A DNA stretch of 63,842 nt from Geosiphon pyriformis uo1 (GCA_016748015.1 JAAOMT010000303.1:1-63842); one strand, 5' to 3'; positions 14,501 to 26,560 are shown, counted from the first letter of the stretch. Notes: generated from the letters alone by a model not told the origin. Made by a program: numbers and translations.

Positions 14501-14915
14501 AATTATAAAAACCAAATTGCATTGTATTATCTAATAATATTTTTTTGTTTAGTTATATTGTTTATTTCTTTAATATTGCACATAGCAAATTTCCAAATAA
14601 AATCAGTTATTGAGAAAAAAAACTGTTAAAAAACCCAAGCCAATATATAATTGATCTAATTTAATTAAACTGAGTCAATAACATCTTCAAGTATAATTAA
14701 TTTTGATTCTAGTCTGCTTATTTTGGCTGTTAAAATCTTAAAACTGTTTGAATTTAAACCTGAAATTTCAATAGTCATTAGTAAAAAAAACAAAAACAAA
14801 TTCTGAAAGTTATTTACAATTATACTTAAATTCAAATTTAGATTTAATATTAATAAAGAAGCTAAAACAGAAGATTAAAAAATAAGAGTCATGAATATTA
14901 AGTTCATATTACTAA
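8555..14915 (-). mobile_element. Decayed LINE (copy A), 3' part: ORF1 end, ORF2 (APE-RT-RNaseH) and 3' tail
   Basis: Colinear with the 47370-54100 LINE. The ORF2 start region at ~14560-14615 reads DFIWKFAMCN (cf. GLVWKIATCN). The shared 3' tail with (AAT)n is at 8555-8690. The span is longer than copy B, so it may contain a further insertion or duplication. Confidence 0.75.
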
Positions 14916-14919
14916 GCCT

Positions 14920-15717
14920 TGTTACTCATAGAAAGGAAAGAAATATAGGAAAATAATAGACCAATAAGAGAATAGTAGTTAGCATGTAAGCACATTGCTC
15001 AGCAATGTGGAGCAATATCAGAAAATTAGGACACATTGCTCAAGAAATTATAGCACATTACTTGGGAATGTGAGCGATCTCATAGAACTCAAATTATGTA
15101 TATATAGTGATAGCATTAGAAGTAAAAAAGACAGACCTTCCAGTTTAGATTTAATTTAAGCAACTTTCCAACTCACAATTATCTAATAAATAATTATTTT
15201 GTTATCACAATCCATTCTCCACTATTAATACTTCATGTTGATAGACATTGATACTTAACCACACTGGAACAATAGCTCTTAATCATGGCTATTAATGAGA
15301 TACTAACTTGTACATTGTCTTGGCTATTTTTTTATTTCTTTTATTTTCTTTTCTTTGATTTTATTGTTGTATACTAATTGATTGAAAAATAAAGTGCTGA
15401 GTTATTGATGTCACAGATAGCTTGGTAAAAGACCCAGAAATAAGAGTAATAATATATATATTAACAGATAACTTACCAGAAAGACATGACTGCCAGAATA
15501 AATCTGGCCACCAAGCTTAGAAAGAAATTGGAAAGCAACTGAAACAAAATTGCAAATACCAACACTATTAAATCTCTGTCTATTATATAAAAGACTCATT
15601 TGAAAAATCTTTAGAACACTAAAACCTTCAGATCATTATCATCAACACAAATAGCTTTTGAGCACCACGTTACAGATTTGTTATTTAACTTGAGACCCCA
15701 AATAATTATCTGTAACA
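14920..15717 (+). repeat. 5' LTR (798 bp)
   Basis: Direct repeat of 24199-24973 with TG...CA ends. Confidence 0.97.
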
Positions 15718-15718
15718 T

Positions 15719-17600
15719 TTGGTGCTTCCTGTAAGGTATAATCCTACAAAGAACCAGCACCAACAACCCCATCCAAAAGTGGCAGAATCAGAAAACGTCA
15801 GAGCAAACCATCTAGAATTTGCCAAGTCCTTATTTCAACATTACTGTCAAAACCTCGGATTAACCAGCAACCACTTATTAGCAGAATCAGTCTTCAATTT
15901 CTACGTCAATGAGAAAATTGCCTATTTGTTGGGAACTCCAGTAAATACCAAGACAGCAAGAGAAACCTTCTACAACAAATTAATCCAGAATACTAGCCTA
16001 CCAACAAATCACAATTTCACATTCATCATTACTGAAATCAATAAAGAAATTGAATATCATATTCAACAGAGATATCCTATTACCTACACAAGCAAAAACA
16101 AAAGAAAGCTACAAACATTAGCAGTAACATCTCAAAAGATATAACCACCTATTTAGAAGAAAACCAAAGTTGAGTCTCCAAACAACCTATCTTACCACTA
16201 TACTTCTGGAAGTGTCATCAATATATTATCAACAGACATGTCCACATTAAATACAACATCAACATTTGGACATTTTCTATTCCAAAGTAAACAAAGGAAA
16301 AAAAATTTACTAGGATCTTATGACACATATTTTGAAGGATTTAAATCACAATCACCAATGCCATCAGGACTCCGATTACTGTTACCTCAACCAGATTTTG
16401 GAACAGTAAGTCTGTGGAAAATTACTGAATTGGAAAAAAAACAAGAAGAGGAAGAAGAAGAAAAAGAATCTAAGGATCAAGAATTTACTTACCAAAACCC
16501 AATCCTAGAAAACCTGGAATTTGAAAACCTGAATTTTCAAACCCAGCAAAATCTAAATCCAGAAAATTCAGAAATTGACACTCTGAATATTTAGACACTG
16601 CCAACTCAGAATAATCGAAACTCTGATCTAATTAATCAACCAAACTTATCTCCAGTAATCATTATTGATCAACCACCGATTAATCCAATAGCCAAACCCA
16701 TATCACCACCATTTCAACTACTATCCCAACAACCCATACAACAACAACCACTTCAACAATCACCACAACAATCCAACTTAGATCCAATGGCCTATGCACC
16801 AATTGCAAAACTTGATAATTTTACCGGCAAAGAGGACGACACTCAAGTATGGCTAAATGATGTGAGAAAAGCCATCACAGCCAACAGATGGAATGATGCC
16901 CAAGCAATACAAGCCATTCCCTACTTTTTTAACAATACTGCTGATTTGTGGTATCAAAGTTTGATTAATAAACCACAAGACTTCAATGCCTTTAAAGTAG
17001 AATTTTTAAGATACTTCAGCAACAATAACAGTATCAACCAGTTAGCCAATACATTCAGCACCATGAAGCAAGGAGAAACAGAAGCAGTCACCACTTACTT
17101 GAAACACTTCCATAGAAATCTGCACCAAATCTAAGCAATTAACACCAACTATTTTACAGTGCCACAGATCCTTAACCAGTTTATCCATGGCCTGCACAGC
17201 AGCATCTTGCAACATATACATCCATTACATCCAGACATCTTTCAAGATGCAGTTACACGTGCCAGAGATTTTGAATCTGCTGAGTCTGAGGCCAACTATG
17301 CCCAAGCCATTAATCTAGTGATGAATAAATCATCTGAATTGGATTCCAAATTGGAGAAATTCAGTGAAACAATTCATCAAAAGATAGAGGGATACTTAGC
17401 TAACAACAATCAGACAATTTATCAAACACTACAACAATGCAATAATCAAGGAAACTTTAATCACTCCCAGAATCAACCACGTTTATCCTCATCGACCAAT
17501 CAACAGTGACAATAAGAAATGTGTATTTGCCACTATTGTGGTAAACAAGGACATATCCAAATTGACTGCTGCCAGCATTTAAATAACCACTGATTGAAAA
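15719..17600 (+). pseudogene. Gypsy gag (long N-terminal extension, capsid domain, CCHC zinc knuckle)
   Basis: ORF fragments at 15719, 16238, 16787 and 17159 are all in one frame. Retrotransposon-gag-like segment KLDNFTGKEDDTQVWL...MKQGETEAVTTY. Zinc knuckle CHYCGKQGHIQIDC at ~17528-17569. Confidence 0.9.
15720..15737 (+). other. Primer-binding site (complementary to a tRNA 3' end, possibly elongator tRNA-Met)
   Basis: TGGTGCTTCCTGTAAGG begins 2 nt after the LTR. Its reverse complement is CCTTACAGGAAGCACCA. Confidence 0.8.
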
Positions 17601-18162
17601 TCAATATCAAAACTCCAATCACCAGTTCCCAACTCCAAATTATCAATCAAACCCAGCACAATATCAAACTGCTTACCTGCCAATAACGCAGCAGCCAATC
17701 TATCAACTGCCAATATACCAACTACCAGTTTATCAACCGCAGTCCCAAACAATTTATCAGCCCCAACTACTAGTGATATATTAACTGCAGCCACAATTAA
17801 TTTATCAATCTTAAACATCAATCCAAACCCTGCCAAATCCAGCTACTATAACATCAGAAAACCTGAGATCCAGAATTACTCAAAACTGGAGATTGGCAAT
17901 AGTTGTTCATCAACTGATTCTCAGCTCCTTTCACCAACCAACAGGATCACATTCTCAGAATTCGGGAACTGGGTATGCCCAAAACCTGAATTCCCAAAAC
18001 TATTTAAGTCTCTTGGTTACCCCAGAAGATGCCCAATCCAATGAACCAGAAACCAACCTATAATCAACACTTACCAGCAATATTCCACTAGCCACCGTCA
18101 CAGAAGATGAGTCACTTGCAGCCATATTTTCTTTTAAAATCAAGGAACCATCAGAAGTTCCT

Positions 18163-18705
18163 TTGTTCAGTAAAGCCACTCTTGAGAAAAAATCCATCAT
18201 AACAATATATATTGATGCCAAAATTAATGGCCATTCCATCAAACTGATCTTAAATAGTGGATCAGCTGGCAGCATCATCACAAGACAGCTCATGGACCAA
18301 TTAGGTTACCAAGTTGATCAAGCTGCCAGTGTAAGAATAATTACAGCTGATGGAACCACAAAAACACCCATTGGTGAAATAGATAACCTACCTATTAAAA
18401 TCAATGGCATCATTGTACCAATTAAGGTATTAGTCATGGAAACCACTCAGTACCAAGCACTCATTGACAACAACTGGCTGTTCAAAACCAACGTAACACT
18501 AGATTGGACTACCCAAGAGCTGCAAATTAGCCAAAATGGCCAACACGCACAAGTACCAGTCATGTGTAGACATTTCAGACCCAGCCATGTCATGCCAACA
18601 CCACTAATTGACTTTGAGGAAGAAGAGAAGAAACCTACCTGGGAAGCATACCAAGTTTTGTGGACCAACAAGGAGCACAACAAACTGCTACTAATCCTAT
18701 TGTGA
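18163..18705 (+). pseudogene. Gypsy aspartic protease
   Basis: KLILNSGSAGSII (ancestral LILDSGS, G->A change), ITADG flap, ALIDNNWL. Confidence 0.9.
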
Positions 18706-19830
18706 GATGACAACGCTAAGGAAAAACAAAGAGAGGAACTTATATGGGAAACTGATGACCTGACCTGAACTGACAACAATAAAAACAAACCAACATCAAG
18801 CTGGGAATGGGAAGAAAATAATCAAGGAAAGGAAAAAAGAAAAGAAAAAGAGAAAGAAACAACACCTACCAGCACTACTATTTATAACTCATACACTGAC
18901 CCATTACCACCAACTAATTATCATCGACCAAAGCTGATATGTGTTGATTGTGGCAAGAAGTTGTCATCAATGGGCGCATGCTGTGGTGACAATGAAAAAT
19001 ACGCAACAGTAACCCAATTCTACTACTGTGCGTGTGTCATAGAACAGTTTAAATAACCAAAGAGAAAAAGAAAATAGAACAACAAACCCTGCCTAACTTG
19101 TAGAAAAACACTACTTGACGAAGGAATGTGGAATAACATTCCTGGCTGAGGAGGAACATGCGACAAATTGTGCCAATACACGATTCTTATTAGCAACTGG
19201 GTTAGGAAAGGGACACCAATTGAAGCTGCTTAGAGAAGGGCCATGCAGTAATTGGACAGTTGCCTGCACAATGACGATAAAATATGGCAAATAGCACTTG
19301 CCAAAATTGAAGACATGTTATCAGAAGAAATCAGAACAGTTAAAAACAACCCACCAGAACCCATAGAACTTGACTGAGATCCAGAACCAGTCATAAATTT
19401 TCTAGATCCAGAGCAATTCCATGAACATTCCCAGGAATTAACATCCACAAGGGAAAAACAAGAGCAACATTTGAAAGAAATAAACACCCAACTATGTGAC
19501 CACTGTTTGATCTCATGTGACTTTTAATATTGTAATGAGTGTGACCTCATTTACAATCTACCACCATGCATGATCTACACAATTCCTGAGAAAGAGGAAC
19601 CAATCAGCAGCTATGCATTAGAATCGGAATCAATTTTCGATTCCAATTCAAACTCTGACAATGATGATGACAAAAAAACTGGTTCCAGCTCCATTCAAAA
19701 TGGCAATAACAATGACTACAATTCTAACTCAGATTCAAACTCCGACTCAAAATATGAACAATACATCACACTTCCTGATCTCACCAAGGAACAGAAACTT
19801 AAATAGTTCAGTGATAATGATGAAGATATC

Positions 19831-20240
19831 ATGCCAGAATGTGCACATGATACTGATGCAGAATTTGACCTGAGATATTCAGAAAAAAATGCCATCAAAT
19901 TAGAACCCCATTCATGCACTTGCATTGATCTGAAAATAGCACTGGAAATTTCAGCAACAACAATAGTTCAATTAGCATTTAGGAGTAGTTTAGCAAAAAG
20001 AGGAATCAACATCAGAGGAAGAATAATTGATGCAGAATACATAGAAAATATCATTGTTATACTACAAAATAATTCAGAAAAGACCTATGTTATAGAGCCA
20101 AATAAAAAGATAGCACAGGCAATATTTCTACCTCTAGTGAAAATAGCTCGATTAGTATCAGTGGGAAATAGAGAGGAATTAGGGATTACAGCTAGAGAGA
20201 TACAGGGATTTGGATCAATGAGTCGAATAAATATACCAGT
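19831..20240 (+). pseudogene. dUTPase domain within pol
   Basis: All five trimeric dUTPase motifs are recognisable: DAEFDL, RSSLA, IIDAEY, KIAQAI, REIQGFGS. Deviations from consensus are mostly G->A changes. Confidence 0.92.
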
Positions 20241-20628
20241 TAATATGGCAGAGGAAGAAATTGTTAACAAAGAAGAAATTATTTCAATCCATTAAACAAT
20301 TTCTATTCCACCATATGACCAGTACATAGTAGTTATAGAGAGAAGAGTAAAGGATCAGATCCAAATTTTTGAAGCAGAAGCAACACTTTGTGAGTCAGAA
20401 GAGATTGGTTTAATCAATCTATACATACCAGCCAAGAACCACAGACATATCAAAATTTCTATCTATAACAATACAGAAGACATCATTGAAATACCAGCAG
20501 GAACCACCATCGGATATCTAATTACTGAAGTTGAAGACCAACCACCAGACTCCATTCCAGACTTTCCACAGCTTTGCAGATATGTTGATATCACATCACA
20601 AACAATCTACAGACAAAATGAATATTAT

Positions 20629-22060
20629 TTGCTCCAGACAGAACAATTGGAACAAATGAACATAGGAAACTTAGATCCACTACAACGTATACAGCTCAAG
20701 ATATTGCTCAATAATTTCAATAACATCTTTGCCAGCAAGAATAAATTCGGTAGAACTGACATAATTCAGCATCAAATCAAGACTGGAGATGCAATGCCAA
20801 TTAAACAAAGAGCATACAAAGTACCACTAGTCTGCCATGAAATTATTTGTCAAGAAATCAACCAAATGCTTGACAATGGGTTAATTCAACCATCAATGAG
20901 CCCATGGTCATCACCAGTGGTACTAGTCCATAAGAAAAATGGGAAAATCCACTTCTGTGTAGATTACTGGAAACTGAATGAAGTAACAAAAAAAAATAGC
21001 TATTCAACTCCAAAGATCCAAGAATTATTCGACACTTTCAGTGGAAAAAAATGGTTCTCAACGTTAGATTTAAACAGTGGTTACTGGCAAGTAGCCATGA
21101 AACCGGAAGATAAAGAGAAAATGGCTTTCACAACAAGAGAAAGAAATTTCGAATTCAAAGTAATGCCATTTGGATTGATGAATGCACCAGCAACATTCCA
21201 ATGGCTTATGGAAATTGTTTATACTAGACTATTATGAAAATCAGTAGTAGTATATCTGGATGATACCAATGTGTTCTCAAAAACATTTGATGATCATTTA
21301 TATCATCTTCAACAAGTGTTTGAAAGACTCAGAAGAGCAGGATTAAAGTTAATTGCCAACAAATGTTTTTTTGAAAAGACAGAATTAAAATTCTTGGGAC
21401 ATGTTGTGAGCAAAGATGGCATTAAAACAGATCCAAACAAGATTGAAGCTGTCAAAAACTTTTCAGTACCAACTAATCTCATGAAATTAAGAGCATTCTT
21501 GGGATTGGCTGGATACTACTGCCACTTTATTAAAGACTTTTTTAAAATAGCTCAACCATTCCACCATCTTCAAACCAAAAATGTAAAATACGAATGGACA
21601 GAAGCTCAACAAGAAGCTTTCAACACATTAAGAAGAAAGCTTATCCAAGCACCAGTATTGATCTATTCAGATCACAGCAAACTATTCACTATTACCACTA
21701 ATGCATTAGGCCAAACATTAAAAGCAATATTATCACAGAAAAGACCAGATGGAAGAAAACACCCAATAGCATATGCCAACCAAAGCCTAATGCCAGCTGA
21801 AAAGAACTATGGAACACCAGCACTAGAACATTTAGCAATCTACTGGGCTGTCATGAAATGGAAAGAATACTTAAGCCAGAAGTTTAAAGTGCATACTGAT
21901 TACAAAGGATTGACTTCAATTCAGAAACAAGAATTTGGAGACAACTAACATGTCAGATAGAAAATAGTACTTTCACCATATAAATTTACAGTACACTATA
22001 AAAAAGGAAAAGACAATGGAAATACAGATGGTTTGTTGCAAATGAAACAAATCTGAACAT
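20629..22060 (+). pseudogene. Gypsy reverse transcriptase and RNase H
   Basis: PIKQRAY, SPWSSPVVLV, FCVDY, LDLNSGYWQ, MPFGLMNAPATFQ, YLDD (~21253), FLGHVV, and RNase H segment PIAYANQSL..AEKNY...LE. Confidence 0.95.
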
Positions 22061-22324
22061 TTTGACTAAAAATATAACAAAATCCAAACATTGAACACAA
22101 AAATATAACAAAAGATGAACACACAAAAATATCAACAACTCTAACACTATATAAATACTCAACAGTTCAAGGAGAAATTATCTCAAAATAAACGAAACAA
22201 CATTAAACAACAATCAAAATATTTTATCAATCATCAAAATATACTTTACTGAAAGAATAGACGAGATCCAGATTGATCAACCAGAGTAATAACAGAACCA
22301 GAAAAAAAGACAATACTATTCAAC

Positions 22325-23400
22325 ATGCACTCTGATCCAATGGCAGAACATTTTTACAAAGAAGTAATCATAGAAAGAACTAGAAAGAGATACTATTGGC
22401 CATCTATGTATCCAGACATCATCCAATATGTTCAGAATTGTGATGCTTGTCAAAGAAGAGGAGAAGCAAGACCAAGTGAACTATTAAGACCAATCAAAGT
22501 GAGACAACCATTCAATCACATTGGAATTGACTTAGTTGAACCATTAACAATTACCAGCAAAGACAACAGATATATTGCAGTAGTCATAAATTATCTTACT
22601 AAATGGCCAGAAGCAAAAGCCATTCAAAGAGCAGATGCAGAATCTGTTACTGAATTTGTCCATCAAAATTTGATTTGTCGACATGGATGTCCAAAAGAAT
22701 TATTATCAGATCAAGAAACTCACTTTGTGAATAAAACATTGGCAGAATTAAGTCAAAGATTTGGAATAAAAAGACCATTATCATCATCATATCATCCACA
22801 AACCAATGGATTAGTTGAAAGATTCAATAGAACATTATGCAAAGCAATTGCCAAAATCAGCCAAAAAAATCAAGAAGAATAGGATTTGTTTATATCATCT
22901 GTATTATTTACTTATTAGACAATAAAGCAAGATACCACACAAGCAACACTATTTGAATTGGTATATGGTAGAACAGCAACATTACTAATTGAAATAGAAG
23001 TCAACACATATCCAACTGAACCAATAACAGAAGAGAATTTTCAAGAAACTTTGTTGAGAAGAACATATAATCTAATGGAAACTCTAGAAAACAAACAACG
23101 AAGAGCAGCTGATAATATACAACAGTCACAAGAAAACAGAAAGAAAGACATAATAACCAATTACCAGATAAACCAGTTGAATTCAAGATTGGAAACAAAG
23201 TACTTCTACATTGTACCAAAGCAGAAAAACAATAGAGTAGAAAGTTTGACCCCAAATAGGATGGACCATTTTACATAGAAAAAATTCTTGGAAATAGAGC
23301 TTATAAATTAAGATGGAACAACAAAATCTTAGCCAAAGCAGTACATAATAATCGACTGAAACCATATCACCATACAGTGTTATCATCCACCAGTAATATT
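22325..23400 (+). pseudogene. Gypsy integrase
   Basis: HHCC (HSDPMAEH...CDAC), D-D-E (IGIDL, SDQETHF, NGLVERFN) and a GPF motif (K*DGPFYI, ~23255). No chromodomain is seen. Confidence 0.95.
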
Positions 23401-23550
23401 TCACAATTAGAAGTACAGAAAATACTAGTCCAACCAGATGAGATTCCATGAGATTTGAAACCAATCATAATCATTGGACCAAACACGTAAAATTAAACAA
23501 GAAAAGAGTATATAAAGACATAATATACATAACAAAAGTAACAAAGAAAA

Positions 23551-24179
23551 ATGGAAATACCAGATCATATTCACACTATAGTTCAACAATTATTTAGGCA
23601 TTAAGTCAACAACAGTTAGACATGGAAATTGTCATTAATAACCAAACAATTTGCTATCAAAACACCAAAAGAAAAACAAAAAACACACAATATTAATGGC
23701 CAACAAAAAATAATAAAAACTGGTCAGATAACTTGATAGAAAAAGTAAAAAACACTTTTGGGAAAATATCTATCATGGCACTAACAGAAGAGCTTACAAA
23801 AGAAAATTGGAAGCTATGAACAAAACAACTCCCAATATTGTACTGTTACTACCAATTAGGTCAAAAGTTGAATATTCAGGAGTTGTATATCAACAAATCC
23901 AAGAGAATATTCAACCAAGACATAATACAACAAATGAAAGAATTTATTGAAAAGAAACCAAATTCAGCACTACACGTTAAAACAATTTACTGATTACACA
24001 ACATATTTTAGAACTATCCAGAAATACTGTTATACTCTGACATGGAAATGATAACCATTAACCAATAGGGAAGAATGAACAATGCACAAATTGAAAAAAT
24101 AAGGAGTAGAGTGGAACAGATACTATTGGAAAAAAAAGTATTCAACATAATTCAAAATGAGAATTTTGACAGAGCTTAA
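23551..24179 (+). pseudogene. Additional sense ORF between integrase and 3' LTR, unknown function
   Basis: 23775-24179 reads MALTEELTKENWKL*TKQLPILYCYYQLGQKL...NENFDRA*. Its four internal stops all revert by single transitions. The frame extends upstream, with a candidate ATG at 23551 after a frameshift. Confidence 0.6.
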
Positions 24180-24183
24180 TATT

Positions 24184-24198
24184 AAAAGAAGAAGATAA
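24184..24198 (+). other. Polypurine tract
   Basis: aaaagaagaagataa lies immediately 5' of the 3' LTR. Confidence 0.7.
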
Positions 24199-24973
24199 TG
24201 TTACTCATAGAAAGAAAACAGATATAGGAAAATAATAGACCAATAAGAGAATAGTAGTTAGCACATGAGCACATTGCTCAAGAAATTATAGCACATCACT
24301 TGGAAATGTGAGTGATCTCATAGAACTCAAATTATGTATATATAGTGATAGTATTAGAAGTAAAAAAGACAGACCTTTCAGTTTAGATTTAATCTAAGCA
24401 ACTTTCTAACTCACAATTATCTAATAAATAACTATTTTGTTATCACAATTCATTCTCCACTATCAACACTTTATGTTGATAGACATTGATACTTAACCAC
24501 ACTAGAACAATAGCTCTTGATCACAGCTATTGACGGGATACTAACTTGCATATTGCCTTGGCTATTTTTTTATTTCTTTTATTTTCTTTTATTTCTTTAT
24601 TTTCTTTTCTTTGATTTTATTGTTGTATACTAATTGATTGAAGAATAAAGTGCTGAGTTATTGACATCACAGATAGCCTGGTAAAAGACCCAGAAATAAG
24701 AGTAATAATATATATATTAACAGATAGCTTATCAGAAGGGCATGACTGCCAGAATAAATCTGACCACCAAGCTGAGAAAGAAATTGGGAAGCAACTGAAA
24801 CAAAATCGTGAATATCAACACTATTAAATCTCTGTCCATTATACAAAAGACTCATTTAGAAAATCTTTAGAGCACTAAAACTTTCAGATCATTATCATCA
24901 ACATGAACAGCTTTTGAGCACCACATTACAGATTTGTTATTTGACTTGAGATCCCAAATAATTATCTGTAACA
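24199..24973 (+). repeat. 3' LTR (775 bp)
   Basis: Direct repeat of 14920-15717. Confidence 0.97.
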
Positions 24974-24977
24974 GCCT

Positions 24978-26560
24978 ATATATAACTTTAGAAATCTGAT
25001 TAGCCAGCAACTCTAATAAATATTTTAAGAAAACTAAATAAATTTCAATATATGAAATATTTTGCAAAAAAAAGAAATTCTTAATATTATTCAAAATACC
25101 AAAGAAAAAAAAATTAAAGCCAAAGTCAGAGAAACTATTATCAAAAACAGAAGCCAAAAAAACCATCTAAGTCTAAAATTTGTTACTAAAAACAATAAAA
25201 TACAAGATGAGAACACTTTTTTTAGTATACAACTTTGTCAACTAGATATAATGTTCATCTAAGATGACTATTTTATAATACTTTAAAAACTGATAAGTAA
25301 ATACACTAAATACATTACACTTTAGAGCAAAATATCTTAAAAATCCATACTTTTTATACTTAACCAGATTCAATCTAATTTAAGAAAGCTTTACATCACT
25401 TAAAATTGGTTTAATACAAAAAACTAATTTTAGAATATTCTCTAATTTAAAATTTATTACAGTACAACAAACTCTATTATTAGTTTTATAAAACTGATTA
25501 ATAATACATGTTTTTTCATTAATTTTCTTTAATAAAATACTTAAATCATAAACTGTTATTTTTACAAACAATGTAAACAAAAATGCCTTATACTAATCCT
25601 TTAACATTTATGTATTATAATTTTCAACAGTTTTGGTTATATGCACTAAGTCTTTTCTAATTAAAAACAACTACTTTGATGCCAATTAATCAGCTTGGCT
25701 TGATTTAATAAACTTTATTATAGTCTTTTACCATAGCTTAATTAATTGTAATTGGATTAATACTACTTAATCAACATCAAATATTGTGGCAATAATTGTT
25801 TTTTTTAACATATCTATAAGAATTTTTTAATTACTACAGCCCAATTTAAATGTATTTCTTGTTTTTTAAGATTGCTGTTTACTTTAATTCTATTTTTTTT
25901 AGCCAATAATACAGCTTTTTTCATACTTTTTTCAAAAGTAAATATAGATTTGATAATTTTTTCAAATTTTGAAAGAGTAGTAGTCCTCTCAAAATCATTG
26001 ATAGTTAAAAAAATTTTTCTAATAATCTGAACTTTTGCTGTTATTAATTTGTTATTTACTGTTAAAAGATTAATGTTCATTATAAAAAATTTTTTAATAG
26101 CCACTTTTATTTGAATCTTTTTTATCTTAAGATCTTTTTACTTTTTATCTAAAGAGATATTAAGAAAAGAAGAAAAAAATTCTATATTTTTATTTATGCT
26201 ATAATCAATTATTTCAATTGGAAAATTGCATTCCAATTCAGTATTAATTCTCTTAGTTTTAGAAGTTATTATTACTGAGCCAAGAAAAAAGTCATTATTA
26301 GTATTTACCAAAACATTACTACCTTTATTATTATCAAACTTACTGTTTATATTCAAATATATATCATTTTTAAAACCAAAATTAACCAAAAAAATATTTT
26401 TTTTATTACTAAAATGCTTAATATTATCCATAAAAACTCTTTTTTTTAAGAAAAAAAACTTTTAATAAATTTATAAAAGCTTTTTTAGGCATTTTTTTCT
26501 TAAACATATTACTACTGAAAGCAATTATTAGGTCTATTATAAAAAAATTATTTGTTTAAG
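24978..26560 (-). mobile_element. Decayed LINE (copy A), 5' part: ORF1
   Basis: IIRKIFLTINDFERTTTLSKFEKIIKSIFTFEKSM...VNSNLKK...WAVVIKK aligns with LINE ORF1 (FVRKIFSGVNGFGGASAPSKFGGIIQAFFTSEKVM). The frame rejoins across the Gypsy TSD (LELLANQISKVIYRL|SNM). Confidence 0.85.

Larger units (their letters stand above)
14920..24973 (+). mobile_element. Full-length decayed Ty3/Gypsy LTR retrotransposon encoding dUTPase
   Basis: Two LTRs with TGTTAC...GTAACA termini and a 4-bp TSD GCCT (14916-19, 24974-77). PBS and PPT are present. Domain order is gag-PR-(dUTPase)-RT-RH-IN. Confidence 0.97.

Noticed and set aside
15411-15599. Antisense 62-aa ORF present in both LTRs
   Set aside because: Its duplication simply follows LTR identity, and it has no recognisable domain.
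17578-17600. T TTA AAT slippery-like heptamer where the gag frame shifts -1 to the pol frame
   Set aside because: A single-base deletion in this decayed copy explains the shift equally well, and no downstream stimulatory structure is evident. A family consensus is needed.
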